The notes under the pieces were generated by a model. It saw only the letters and a program-made list of their open reading frames with translations, was not told the DNA's origin and did no database searches. Of a stretch of 64,000 nucleotides of DNA, positions 14,151 to 28,071 are shown in pieces. Every line of letters begins with the position of its first letter. The stretch's first letter is position 1. Where the stretch lies: NCBI GenBank assembly GCA_964016885.1, contig OZ024757.1, positions 28,768,001 to 28,832,000 on the forward strand. Direction: 5' to 3'. The stretch comes from Eledone cirrhosa. Taxonomy: Eukaryota. A program made the position numbers and the translations under genes.

Positions 14151-14706
14151 ACTAACACCACCAGCACCACAACCTCCACCACTAACACCACCAGCACCAT
14201 AACCTCCACCACTAACACCACAAACACCACCAGCACCACAACCTCCACCACAAACACCACCAGCACCACAACCTCCACCACTAACACCACCAGCACCACA
14301 ACCTCCACCACTAACACCACCAGCACCACAAACACCACCAGCACCACAACCTCCGCCACAAACACCACCAGCACCACAACCTCCACCACTAACATCACCA
14401 GCACCACAACCTCCACCACTAACACCACCAGCACCACAAACACCACCAGCACCACAACCTCCACCACTAACACCACCAGCACCACAACCTCCACCACTAA
14501 CACCACCAGCACCACAAACACCACCAGCACCACAACCTCCACCAGCACCACAACCTCCGCCACAAACACCACCAGCACCACAACCTCCACCACTAACATC
14601 ACCAGCACCACAACCTCCACCACCAGCACCAGCACCACTAACACCACCAGCACCACAACCTCCACCACAAACACCACCAACACCACAACCTCCACCACTA
14701 ACATCT
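14151..14706. repeat. 30-bp minisatellite (actaacaccaccagcaccacaacctccacc) with shorter variants
   Basis: Tandem units visible directly; preceded by an ACC-rich degenerate tract from about 13820. Confidence 0.9.
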
Positions 14707-14882
14707 AGTGTAATGGAAGCAACATTAAAGCTGACCACATTAAGCCAGGCCAATGTCCATCGGCAACGGGAAACATATCAATCTCCATTTCACTGTCGAA
14801 TCTTGTGTGTGTGTGAATTGTGGGAAAAAGGAAAGGTGAAGAGGAAGATGGTGGTGTGGAGAGGAAGGTGCTGGTGGTGTGG

Positions 14883-15093
14883 TGAATTCTCTCACCTTTT
14901 TCTGTTCAAACTGGTTGTAACTGGCCACTCACACTGATGTTAAGGTATTGTTCTCAACATAAATAATATTAAAATCTCATAGATTCGATATTATGTGAGA
15001 TAATTGTGAGATAAAGCTTTTACCGTGAAAATATAATAGTAAACATAGAGTAATGTTTACTATTATATTTTCGTGATCTTTCATGCTAAAGGG
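14883..15093. mobile_element. piggyBac-type MITE family A, partial
   Basis: Internal sequence is the reverse complement of 42437-42659; ends gctaaaggg-TTAA. Confidence 0.75.
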
Positions 15094-15475
15094 TTAAAGT
15101 GTTTATATTTATCTAAAACTGTTCCTTGATAATTTTATGTAAGAACATTTATGCTCCTAACACCAGCTTAATAACGAGAAAGGTAGTCAACTTTGCCTTT
15201 TATCCTTTGGTGTAGGGGCAGGTGTAAAGGACTCGATAAATAAAGTATCAGTCTAACCACCTTGCAGAGTGTATTGGGTGCATTTTATCATGGCACCAGC
15301 ACCAGGGAAGTTGTGTAGTACTTGGCATGACTGTAGGGCTCTCCGTAACTCTTTATCGCATGGCTTTTACAGCTGAATACTCTTCCTATTGCCAACCAGT
15401 TTACATGTTAACAGAAGGGCATCTCTCTACTCTTTTCCAACTCTAAGAGTAATTTACCCAACTTTATTATTTATG

Positions 15476-15662
15476 GTGGATTTGCAGTGTCGGTAGAGGT
15501 CCGGATGCCATACTTTGCAGCACATAGTTACGGCCCTTTATTATCTGAGTTCAAATCCCGCCGCGGTTAACTTTGCCTTTCATCCTTACAGGGATCGATA
15601 AAATAAAGCACCAGTAATACACTGGTGTAACAGCTGGCCTTGTGCCAAAAGTAGAAACAATT
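15476..15662 (+). mobile_element. SINE family M copy
   Basis: Full head-to-tail copy; B box gagttcaaatcc. Confidence 0.85.
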
Positions 15663-16257
15663 ATTTATAGCGACAAAAAGTTATTACAGTTATTTTCTAC
15701 ATTTTGGACTGTCACATTTTCAAATTTCAAACACTCTCAGCGCTTCAATAAGTCAAAAAGTTAAAAATATATAAATGAGATATTTTTTTTTTTCTTTTCT
15801 CTGTAAACAAAGTTCTGTAATTGAAACCTGGTCCTGTGTCTTAGTATAAAGATTTACAAAGAATGAATGGTAAACATAAAGTAAAAGGATTAAGGTATAT
15901 AAAATCCAATCTTATATAACATTGGCTTCAAAATAAATAATCTTAGTGGTTTGAGGGTAATTAATTTAAAGGCTAGCCCTCTGTGTGGCCAACAGCTAAT
16001 CTTTGCTGAAATTAGTTTTGCAATGAAGTGATGAGTTCAGTGCACAAGTGCATTTAAACAAATGCCCTATCAGAAATGCACACATGCAAATATGCATACA
16101 TAACACATACATAACATATACATGTGCTTAGTTTAACAACAGAGATATATACACACATATACATATTTATATTTCGAATTTGAGAAGAGAATATATGCAT
16201 TCATAATGTATATATATTTACATGTACATTTAGATATAGAATTAAATACATACATAT

Positions 16258-16302
<45 letters not shown>

Positions 16303-16342
16303 TATATATATATATATATACATATTTATATATATATATACA

Positions 16343-16455
<113 letters not shown>

Positions 16456-16883
16456 TTATATATATATATATATATACATATTTATATATATATATATACA
16501 CACACATATATATATATATATATATACATATTTATATATATATATATACACACACATATATATACACACACACACACATATGTATATGTAACTGTGTGTG
16601 AATGAAAATATACACATATATACATATAAACACACAGGTAAGTGTATGCACATTCTGTGTGTAGGTGTGCACATATGCATACAAATACATGTATACACAT
16701 AACTGGAAAACTACATTTACACATACACACAGGTACACATACAACTAAAATCCCAATGTTTAAGAAAATATCAGAACCAGGATTAAATAGTTCAAAATCC
16801 CAGAAGAACCAGGAAATCATCTTGGTAGAGGTAGAGGGGAGGGGGTCCACTTAGTGCACATTCTCTCTATCCCCCTGCCTACC

Positions 16884-16920
<37 letters not shown>

Positions 16921-17094
16921 ATTCAGATCATCATTTTAAGTCCACTTTCCCGTGCTGACATGTTGCTTACTTCATATGTAGTTGCTGTTTATGGTGGTTT
17001 AGTCAGATACTGTGATAGGTGTTGTTTAGATTTAGGGTTAGTGTTAAGGTTTCAGATTTTACCATATCTCTCTCTCTCACTCGCTATTTATATA

Positions 17095-17486
17095 TCATCA
17101 TCATCACCATCATTTTACGTCCGTTTTTCCCCTGCATGCAAGGGTGGGACAGGAACTGATTCTGGCTTGATTTCTACAGCTGGATGCCCTTCCTAACACC
17201 AACCTCATTTACAGTGAGTGCTGGGTGCTTTTTTTTCCGTGGTGCCTACACGTCCATTTTACAGTGTGGGCTGGGTACTTTTTTGCCGTGGCACCTCCAC
17301 GACCACTTTGCAGTGGAATGGTAGGGACCCCAGTCCCTATCATCTCATTTCTACAGCTGAGTAAACTGGAACAATGTGAAATAAAGCGTCTTGCTCAAGG
17401 AAACAACACATCACCCGGTCTGAGAATTGAACTCACAACCTTTCGATTGCAAGGCCAATGCTCTAACCACTAAGCTATGTACCTCC
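17095..17486 (-). mobile_element. tRNA-derived CORE-like SINE with RTE LINE 3' tail (family C1)
   Basis: A/B boxes, MIR-core-like cttgagcaag.c.ctttatttcacattg.tccagtttactcagctgtagaaatg, tail matching the LINE 3' end at 58855-58900; contains an internal duplicated module. Confidence 0.9.
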
Positions 17487-17535
17487 ATATATATATATAC
17501 ATTACCACTATTACATACATATATATATATATATA

Positions 17536-17610
17536 CAGGGTGTCCCAAAAAATGTATATACATATTTATTAGAATGCTGTTGAAGTCTGTATACATTTTA
17601 GGGGACACCA
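17536..17610. mobile_element. About 75-bp Tc1/mariner-type MITE
   Basis: TA-cagggtgtcccaaaaaatgtatac...gtatacattttaggggacacc; copies at 29875-29950 and 54389-54464. Confidence 0.8.
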
Positions 17611-17662
17611 TTCATATATATATGTGTGAGTGTGTGTATATACTTACATACATATATTAGTA

Positions 17663-17704
<42 letters not shown>

Positions 17705-17807
17705 GTATATACAGATACTCAGATATAACGTACATATATATATTATTATACGTACATGTACATATATTTGTATACATATATACTATACATACGTATATTA
17801 TATACAT

Positions 17808-17856
<49 letters not shown>

Positions 17857-17857
17857 T

Positions 17858-17908
<51 letters not shown>

Positions 17909-18366
17909 TACATACATATATATATATATATACACACATACATACATAAATATACATAACATACACACATACACCTATACCTACAAACATATATAACATA
18001 TACAGTATATATACATTATACACATTATCTTTGTTTTATATTCTCCTCTGTACAAATCTAAATTATAAAACAAACAAAATAAAACAATATTTTTTTATCC
18101 TTCTTCCTTCCTTCCTAGACCTTTATTCTTGTAGAATCTTTGCCAATGGAATTGTTCCGTTCCTTGGTTTGACTTTCTTCGAAGTTATCAATCAAAAGAA
18201 TTCTTTGAACATTATTTGTATCCAATTTACCAAAACAAAGGAATTTCTCTCAGAAATCTACACAATTCTGAAAGTATTTCTTTACACACAGTCACATACT
18301 GAAACACTGCAGTTTCTCTCTCTCTCTCCCTGATGTATGCATACATATGTAAGTATATATGTATAT

Positions 18367-18415
<49 letters not shown>

Positions 18416-18529
18416 TATATGTGCATGTGTGTGTATGTGTATATATATGTGCATGTGTGTATATATATATATAGATGTGTGTGTGTATGTATAGGTGTGT
18501 GTGTATGTGTGTGTGTGTATATATATATA

Positions 18530-18812
18530 CTTGAGGCTGCAAGGCTTGGTGTTTAGAGTATTCATTTCACTATCAAAAAGTTGTGAGTTTGATTCCTGTT
18601 AGTGCAGTGTATTTTGATTATATTGAGCAAGACACTATTTCCCATTGCTCTGGTTTACTCAGCTAACAAAAATGAACTGTAGCTGTAATTCAAAAGGCCA
18701 GCTTTTTCCTTCACTGCATCATGTTGAATCTCCCTGAGAACTACAGTAGCTGAGCACGTATCTGTGGAATACTCAGCCACATGCACATTAATTTTCCAAG
18801 CAGGTTATTCCA
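18530..18812 (+). mobile_element. Old CORE-like SINE with a different 3' domain
   Basis: Degenerate A/B boxes, gagcaagacacta core, then aattcaaaaggccagc...gaatctccctgagaactac; related reverse piece at about 11720-11885. Confidence 0.65.
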
Positions 18813-18894
18813 TTCTATACTGATACATAAGTAGCATTCTTCTTCCACAAAAATCTCATATCAGAAAACCAGTATGCACACTGCTCTGTTGGGT

Positions 18895-19135
18895 CTTCTT
18901 CTTCGCCCACTTATTCCTGAGAGGGTCGTGGGAGCAGGGTCCTAAAATATTTCCTCCAGTGGGTCCTGTCAGAACCAACCATCTCCAACTCATCCGGCTT
19001 GATCCTCAAGCATGACCAGCCAAGCTCATGGATGTTATCCAACCATCTTGCTCAGGGTCTACCTCTGGATCTCAGCCCTAAAATCTGTCCAGTCATTCTT
19101 TCCTGAGACATTCTAACCACATGACCATAGTATCG
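18895..19135 (-). mobile_element. Second RTE family 3' end
   Basis: Reverse strand encodes YGHVVRMSQERM..., has a (GAA)n tail and is homologous to 31567-31823. Confidence 0.75.
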
Positions 19136-19312
19136 GATCTACAAAATTTCAATTCAAAATATATGGTACCTTGTAAATTTTACGTGTAAAATAGACTTAT
19201 CTACTGTTGTAACATATACATATATATATAAACACACGTGTGTATTCAGTTCACCATATATATATATATACAATATATTAACAAATGGAAACTATATTTA
19301 TAAAACCATATT

Positions 19313-19378
19313 TATTTTATTATACATATTTCAAGGGCCACCAAGGCAAATTATGGTGCGCTTTCATCAGATAAAATA
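19313..19378 (-). ncRNA. Minimal type I hammerhead ribozyme
   Basis: tattttat CTGATGA aagcgcacca-taatttgcct-tggtggccctt GAAA tatgt ATA ataaaata; 8-bp stem I, intact core. Confidence 0.82.
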
Positions 19379-19629
19379 CAATACAGATTAGTTTTATAAA
19401 TAAATATTGACATACCCAGAAAAAAAGACAACCTTAACGGTTGGAGCTTGAAATATGTATAATAAAATAAATATGGTTTTAATAAATATAGTTTCCATTT
19501 GTTAATATATTGTATATTTACTCCAATAATCTGTTGAGTGCTTTATATCAGTTATAAAAATATTTTTAAGCTTGTTGTATCCCAACAAATTAAAAATAAC
19601 CTCTGCATATATATATATATATATAATAA

Positions 19630-19851
19630 GGAACGATCGACTTTCGTCAAATCGGACCGAGGGAACAATGTTTCCGTTGGTCTTTCCAATTGCTAATACT
19701 ATCTATCGGTCGCAACTCCAGGTAGAAGGAGCAACGTGAAATAAAGTGTCTTGCTCAAGGACATAACGCATCGCCTGGTCCAGGAATCGAACTCACAACC
19801 TTACGATTGCGAATCCAATTCTCTAACCACTCAGCCACACACCTTCACGCG
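19630..19851 (-). mobile_element. tRNA-head/CORE-like SINE with alternative tail (family C2)
   Basis: Head like C1 but diverges after ttgctcc; second copy at 60507-60712. Confidence 0.8.
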
Positions 19852-19967
19852 ATATATATGGCCAACTGAATACGCACGTGTTTTTTTCTCCCAATTTTTT
19901 CTCATTTTTCCCAGTTCCTTCTTCTCATCACTCTTTACTTTCTATTTATCTTCTATTTCTACCTCTA

Positions 19968-20003
19968 TCTTCTGATGAAGGATCAGTCATCGAAACATTA
20001 AGA
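19968..20003 (+). ncRNA. Degenerate minimal hammerhead motif
   Basis: tctt CTGATGA aggatcagtcatc GAAA catt aaga; stem III probably decayed from ACGT. Confidence 0.5.
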
Positions 20004-20116
20004 CTCTCTTCTTGTTATTTCAAGTGTTAAACTAATATATTTCTTCCATGTGTTGTTTCTTTTGTTATTTCTGTTTATATTTTACATACATGTCTATACA
20101 TACACACACACACACG

Positions 20117-20148
<32 letters not shown>

Positions 20149-20284
20149 CACATATCATCATCATCACCATTTACCATGTGTTTCCATGCTGGCATTTGTC
20201 AAATGGTTAAATGTGTTGTCACTGTCCAAGCCTTTATTCAGAGCTACTGCCCTCCTAGCTAGATCTGAGGACCATGTTACACTT

Positions 20285-20850
<566 letters not shown>

Positions 20851-21186
20851 GAAAGCGAGAAAAAAATGACAGCCTTTGGCAACTTGGACACCACTGATTC
20901 TTGCTAGCCTCAGTTCCTTAACTAACAGTTGTTGTCTTGTAGAGTTCCTATGTTCCTTGTCATCCTAGCAGACACAGGCAGCCTGTAATCTGGTTCTTTG
21001 AGATATGCTCCGGAAAGTAAAACAACAACAGCAACAACATTATTGACAATAACAAATGAGACAGAACATCCACTTTCAAAAATATATAAACACTAAAATA
21101 ATGGTAAAAAAAATAAAGGATTTTTGACTGATGTTTACAGACACACACATGCATCTCTTCTTTCTATAGATAGATATGTATATATA

Positions 21187-21240
<54 letters not shown>

Positions 21241-21358
21241 TATATATATATATATCTCCTATCGATAGATAGGTATGTGTGCGTGTATATATATATATAT
21301 ATATACATACATACACATACATACACACATATACATCTCTCCTATCGATAGATATGTA

Positions 21359-21428
<70 letters not shown>

Positions 21429-21559
21429 TACATATCTATCGATAGGAGAGATGTATATGTGTGCGTGTATATATATACACACACACACACATACACCATA
21501 TTACACAAGATTTTCCATGCTGGCATGAGTTATGTACAGTTTATTTTTGCAGTGCATGT

Positions 21560-21965
21560 GTGAGAGAGAGGAGAGAGAGAAAGCTGAGAGAGAGAGGAGA
21601 GAGAGAAAGCTGAGAGAGAGAGGAGAGAGAGAAAGCTGAGAGAGAGAGGAGAGAGAGAAAGCTGAGAGAGAGAGGAGAGAGAGGAGAGAGAGGAGAGAAT
21701 AGGAGTGAGAGAGGAGAGAAGAGGAGAGAGAAGAGAAGAGGAGAGAGAGAGAGAAGAGAAGAGGAGAGAGGGAGAGAAGAGGAGAGAGAGAGAGAAGAGG
21801 AGAGAGAGAAGAGGAGAGAGAAGAGGAGAGAGAGAGAGAAGAGGAGAGAGAAGAGGAGAGGAGTGAGAGAGAGAGACAGGTGAGAAAGAAGAAGAAATGA
21901 AAGAGAGAGGAGAGAGACAGATGAGAGAGAAATGAGAGGAGGGATAGTAGTGAGGAGAGGAGAAG
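21560..21965. repeat. Polypurine (GA)-rich repeat
   Basis: gagagaggagagagagaaagct units and GAGAAGAG variants. Confidence 0.92.
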
Positions 21966-22654
21966 GAGAGTGTAGTAGTAGTAGTAGTAGTAGTAGTAGT
22001 CACCATATGTGAGTGATAAGTTCTTCCAGAAAGGAACTACTGTGGCCTCTCTTTTTAACTTTCTCTATATTTCTTTTTCTTTGGTTCTCAAAATACTCCT
22101 TTATGTCTTTTCAGTGTGTGTGTGGAAGTTGCTTTTAACCTTCATACGAAGCCACTTGAAACTGCACCAGGCTGGAAGGACAGAAGCACTCTTCAGTTGT
22201 ATGAAAGACTTGACAACCTCCTTAGTGTTTGGGATCTATATGATAAACGCATCAAGTACACTCTGTAAAGTGATTGGTAATAGGAAGGGTATCTAGCTGT
22301 AGAAAACCTGCCATGGGTTTGGAAGGACTCTTCACTTGTGTTAAAGACATGAAAACATCCTAGATTTGCTGACAGGATAAACACAGTCAGTATACTTGTG
22401 GACACATTCTCGAGATGGACACAGTCTCGAGCAGTAGACCCAATAAAGTGTCTTGTTCAAGGACACAACACACTACCAGGGATCAAACTCATGGCCTTAT
22501 GATTGGGAGCAGAAAAGCCTAACCACTAAGCCATGCTCCTTCAGTGTATATACTACACAGACACAAGCTCACAGTTTATTTGGATTGGCAGTATCGGTAG
22601 AGGGTCGGACGCCATGCTTTCCAGCATAGTTACGTCCCTTTACGATCTGAGTTC

Positions 22655-22820
22655 AAATCACAGTTTATTATATATATACACAGACACAAGATCACAGTTT
22701 ATTATATATATACACAGACACAAGCTCAGAGTTTATTATATATATACACAGATACAAGCTCAGAGTTTATTATATATATACACAGACACAAGATCACAGT
22801 TTATTATATATATATACACA
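22655..22820. repeat. About 34-36-bp minisatellite (cagtttattatatatatacacagacacaagatca)
   Basis: About five units; first unit interrupted by a SINE-M head fragment at 22581-22657. Confidence 0.85.
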
Positions 22821-22841
22821 TGCACATGTGTCTGTGTATAT

Positions 22842-22970
22842 ATCATGACTAAAACCCTGTTCACTTTCCTGACATTTGTACATTATTCTATGTACTATAC
22901 ATGCACCTTTGATGAGCTGTAGTGCACCTGAGCACTGTACACAATCATTTTCATCATTATTTATTATTAT
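22842..22970 (+). mobile_element. CR1-type LINE 3' UTR
   Basis: Reverse complement of 42908-43025, which is attached to a CR1-like C-terminus. Confidence 0.65.
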
Positions 22971-23731
22971 AAGGCTTGTGACAAGTATTCACATAATATT
23001 CATACAGAGTTTTTGCATACACGCAAGGACATAGCGCTGGCCCTCTTCTTCCAACACATACACACACAAAAACACATGCGAGATCATGTGGGTGTCATAT
23101 ATCTAAGTAATTATTTCTGTTTTTATACATGTATGCATATGTGAATGTGTGCAGATATTCATGTATGCATGTGCTATTGTATGTGCACATATATGCAGGT
23201 GTTCAGAATATATGCATATGTCAATGTGTGCATGTGCTAATATGTGTGTATGTGTGCACATATGCAGGTGTTCAGGTATGTATGTATGCATATGTCAATG
23301 TGTGCAGATATTCATTTATGCATGTGCTAATGTATGTGTGTATGTGCACACATATGCAGGTGTTCAGGGATGCATTTGCTAATGTCCGTGTGTATGTGCA
23401 CACATATGCAGCTGTTCAGGTATGTATGCATGTGCTAATGTATGTGTGTACGTGTACACATGCATGTGTGCATGCGTACTTGCTCAAATGCATTAAATTT
23501 CCAGACTTTCCTCTGTCCAAAGAATTAGAAGATGACATTGCCAAAGCAAGGTGTCAACAGTTTAAAAGAATCCTTAAAGTGTTTGGTAGTGAGTATGTAA
23601 TAAAGCAAAGAATTGGCAGATAAAATATTTTATTGTTATCCGTTCTGGTTCTCCGTGTTCTCAGTTCAAATCCTGTTGAGGTCAACTTTGTCTTTCATTG
23701 CAACCCTACTGTCTTTAAATATCAACCATAA

Positions 23732-24118
23732 TAATTGTTTCTACTTTAGGCACAAGGCCAGTAATTTTGAGGGAAGGGGAAGTCGATTAACCCTTTAGCA
23801 TTTACATTACTCTATATATACCAACATATTTTCATGGTAAACACTTTATTTCACATAATTATCTCACATAATATCGAATCTATGAGATTTTGATATTACT
23901 TATTTTGAAAACAATACCTTAACATCAGTATAAGTGGCCGGTTAGAGCCAGTTTGAACAGAAAGAGGTGAGAGAATTTTGGTGCTTTATTTTATTGACCC
24001 CCGTAAAGATGAAAGGCAAAGCTAACCTCGGTGAGATATGAACTCAGAACATAAAGGGCTGTAACTCTATGCTGTGAAGCATGGTGTCCGACAATCTACT
24101 GATACTGCCAATCCACCG
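23732..24118 (-). mobile_element. SINE-M interrupted by piggyBac MITE A (23791-23980)
   Basis: SINE tail 23732-23786, then TTAA-ccctttagcatttaca MITE, SINE resumes at about 23981. Confidence 0.8.
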
Positions 24119-24232
24119 TAATAATACACCAAGTGTAGTAGTAGTAGTAGTAGTAGGATTAGTGGTGGTGGGGATTCTTAGTGATGTTGATGGTATAGTA
24201 GTGGTGTTGTTATTTATAACTATTGTTGTGGT

Positions 24233-24985
24233 GGTGGTGGTAGTGGAAAGTGTAGGTGTTGTTATTGCAGGTAGCGATGGTGGTAGTTGGTGGTGGTGGT
24301 GGAAAAGGTAGATGCTGGTACTGGTGGTGGTTGTAGTGGTGGTGGTGGTGGCGTAAAGTGTAGGTGTTGGTGGTTGTAGTGTTGTTGTGGTGGTGGAAAG
24401 TGTAGGTGTTGGTGGTTGTAGTGTTGTTGTGGTGGTGGTGGTGGTGGAAAGTGTAGGTGTTGGTGGTTGTAGTGTTGTGGAAAGTGTAGGTGTTGGTGGT
24501 TGTAGTGTTGTGGTGGTGGTAGTGGTGGAAAGTGTTGGTGGTTGTAGCGTTGTGGTGGTGGTGGTGGAGAGTGTATGTGTTGGTGGTTGTAGTGTTGTAG
24601 TGGTGGTGGTGGTGGTGGAAAGTGTAGGTGTTTGTGGTTGTAGTGTTGTGGTGGTGGTTGTAGTATTGTGGTGGTGGTGGTGGAAAGTGTATGTGTTGGT
24701 GGTTGTAGTGTTGTAGTGGTGGTGGTGGTGGTGGAAAGTGTAGGTGTTGGTGGTTGTAGTGTTGTGGTGGTGGTGGAAAGTGTTGGTGGTTGTAGTATTG
24801 TGGTGGTGGTGGTGGAAAATGTAGGTGTTGGTGGTTGTAGTGTTGTGGTGGTGGTGGGGGTGGTGGAAAGTGTAGGTGTTGGTGGTTGTAGTGTGGTGGT
24901 GGTGGTGGTGGTGGGGGTGGTGGAAAGTGTAGGTGTTGGTGGTTGTAGTGTTGTGGTGGTGGTGGTGGAAAATGTAGGTGTTGTT
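24233..24985. repeat. GT-rich minisatellite gtggaaagtgtaggtgttggtggttgtagtgtt(gtg)n
   Basis: More than a dozen variable-length units. Confidence 0.9.
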
Positions 24986-25494
24986 ATTGTTGGTAGTGGT
25001 GGTGATGGTGGCTGTGGTCTTGATAGTAACAGTGGTATGGTGGCGTGGGTATATGTAATGCATATTAGATTTGCAGTTGTGGTGAGTGTTGTTGTTGTTG
25101 TTGTCGGTGCTGGTGCTGGTTATGGGTGTATGTGATGCACATCATGCCTGCAGTCATGATGGTTTGTTGTTGTTGATTGTGGTTGTGGTCTTGAAGCTTA
25201 GGGGCTGAGGGGGGAGGGGAATGCAGATCATATTTGCAGTTGTGGTGGGTATTGTTGTTGTTGTTGTTGTTGTTGTTAATGGTGCTGGTAGTAGTAGGGG
25301 TTTCAGTAGTGGGTGTTGGTGGTCTTGTTATGGTTGATGATAGTGGATGTTTGATGTTGTTATTGTTAGATAGTACTGGTGGTTGTGTGGGTATTGGTGT
25401 TCTTGGTGGTGGTGGTGGTGGTGGTGAACAGTGCAACTGTTTTTGTTGTTTATGTTGATGATGATAGTGGCGGCAGTGGTGTTTCTGTGGCTGA

Positions 25495-25969
25495 AGGAAA
25501 GAAAGAAGGAAAGAAAGAATGAAGGAAAGAAAGAAGGAAAGAAATAAGGAAAGAAAGAAGGAAGGAAAAAAAGAAGGAAGGAAAAAAAGAAGGAAGGAAA
25601 GAAGGAAGGAAAGAAAGACGGAAAGAAAGAAAGACGGAAAGAAAGACGGAAAGAAAGACGGAAAGAAAGAAGGACGGAAAGAAAGAAGGAAGGAAAGAAA
25701 GAAAGAAAGAAAGAAAGAAGGAAGGAATCCAGCATTGCTTACAGTAAAAAGAAGCAAAAATAACAGAGAGAGAGAAACAGAGGAGGGAGGGAGAGAGAGA
25801 GAGAGCGAGAGAGAGATAAAGAGAAAGAAAAAGATATATATATATATAGAGAGAGAGATAAAGAGAGAGAGAGATAAAGAGAGAGAGAGAGAGAGATAAA
25901 GAGATAGAGAAAGAGATAGAGAGAAAGAAAGAGAGAGAGAGATAAAGAGATAGAGAGAAAGAAAGAGAT

Positions 25970-26012
<43 letters not shown>

Positions 26013-26020
26013 GAGAGAAA
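25495..26020. repeat. (GAAA/GAAG)n and (GA)n tracts
   Basis: Direct observation. Confidence 0.92.
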
Positions 26021-27712
26021 GAACTCCAATTCGGCTTGTCATAAGAATGAGAACGTCACGCTTCAATAGAGTCGAAACTGCCCGTCTGACAAGGCCGATT
26101 TCATACAGGTGAATGGACGGTCCATCAAGCATAACGCAACATGAAAAAGCAGCATTACTGGCCAATCTCCCACCACCACCCATCTCCCCCCCTCCACCGA
26201 ATTACCTCTGCAACTAACACCACCAAAAATACAACAGATACAACTACTACCACTACTACCACCATCACCACTACAGGCACCTCACCACTGTTAGCTATTA
26301 TGACTACTGCTACCACTAATATCATTACCACCACCACGACCACCACTACTATTACTACCACTAACAACACCGCCACCACTTTTACTACCACTAACAATAT
26401 CACCACCCACCACCACCACCATTACCATACTAGAAGTTTAGTGAGTTGTATGGTTTATTATGTGATGTGGTTTGTTGTATGGTATGGTGTTGTGAAGTAT
26501 GGTTTGTTGTGTGGTGTAGTGTAGTGTGGTTTGTTGTGTAGTGTAGTACAGTTTGTTGTGTGGTATGGTGTGGTGTAATATAGTGTGGCTTGTATGGTGC
26601 GGTGTAGTGTGTCTTGGTTTGTGGTGTGGTGTGTTTTGCCGTGTGGCATGGTGTGGTGTAGTATGGTTTGTTGTGCTTGTTGAGCGGTATGATGTTGTGT
26701 TGTGTGGTATGGTGTGGTGTAAAGTGGTTTGTTTTTGTGATGTGGTGTAATGTGGCTTATTTGGTTTGGTTTGCAGTGTGGTATGATTTTATGTGATGTG
26801 TGGTGTGGTATGGTGCAATGTTGTGTAGTATGGTGTATAGTGTTGTGTGGCCTAGTGTAAGTGATAATATATGATGTTGTAAGGGGCTGTGCTATGTTGT
26901 GTGGTGTTTGTAGTGATCATAGTGCAGGTGGTGGTGGTATTTTTGAAATTATTGTTACGTGAAGGTGCCTCGGCAAAGAAGCACCCAGCACTCACTGTAA
27001 ATGAGGTTGGTGTTAGGAAGGGCATCCAGCTGTAGAAATCAAGCCAGAATCAGTTCCTGTCCCACCCTTGCGAGCAGGGAAAAGCAGACATAAAATGATG
27101 ATGATGATGTTTGAGGTTGTGTTGTATTTGTTGAAATTATTGCAGTTTTTATAGTTGTTATTGTTGTTTTTGTAGTATATATTGTAATAGCTGTTGTTTC
27201 TGTTGTTGTTGTAGCTGATATAATTATTATTGTTGTTGTTTTATGGTTGTCATTGATTCTGCTGTAGTAGTTGTTGTAGTAGTAACATTGTTGTTATTGT
27301 TGTAGTAGATACTGTTGTTTCTGTTGTGGTTGTTGTTGTAGATGCTATTGATTCTGTTATAGTTGTAGTAACATTGTTGTTATTGTTGTAGTATATGTTG
27401 TTGTTTCTGTTGTAGTATATGTTGTTGTTTCTGTTGTAGTTGTTGTAGTAGATGTTTCTGTTGTTCCTGTTGGGGGATTTTTTTTGTTCATTTCTGTTGC
27501 ATGTGAAACATGGCTTCCCTCCCAAATATAAATCCCTGACAATCCGTACCTCGCCGCAACCATCTAGATCCACACACATATACACATTTGTGCATCCATG
27601 CAATTCCTTTAGCTGGAGGTATGTTTATCACTAACATGATGTACTGCCCTTATGTATATATGCTCATATATGTATGCACATATGTGTATACATATATGAA
27701 TATATATGTATA

Positions 27713-28071
27713 TGAGGTTTGTCCCAAAAGTAAAGGTACTGCTTTTCCTTTGTATGACATGGTAATGCAGCACCTCGATGTATATAGGCATGTTGGATAT
27801 GACTTTGGCTGCACATACATATTTGTTTCAACATTATCAATTGAATCAGTCATGAGTTATTGCTGTTTATGTAGATATATTTATAACCTCTGTTATGTTT
27901 GCAATGGAGGAAAATATCGAACAATGGTACACAATCAAATTTTGTGTGAAAATCAACAAATCTGGCACTAAAACATTTAATTCTTTAACACAAACTTATT
28001 GACATGCCACTCTATCATGAAGTAAGGTTTTTAAGTGACACAAAGCTTTCAAAGAAGGCCAAGAAAATGTA
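27713..28071 (+). mobile_element. mariner 5' part (TIR plus N-terminal transposase remnant)
   Basis: TA-tgaggtttgtcccaaaagtaa; MEENIEQWYTIKFCVKINKSGTKTF...VFK*HKAFKEGQENV mariner HTH with stops. Confidence 0.8.
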
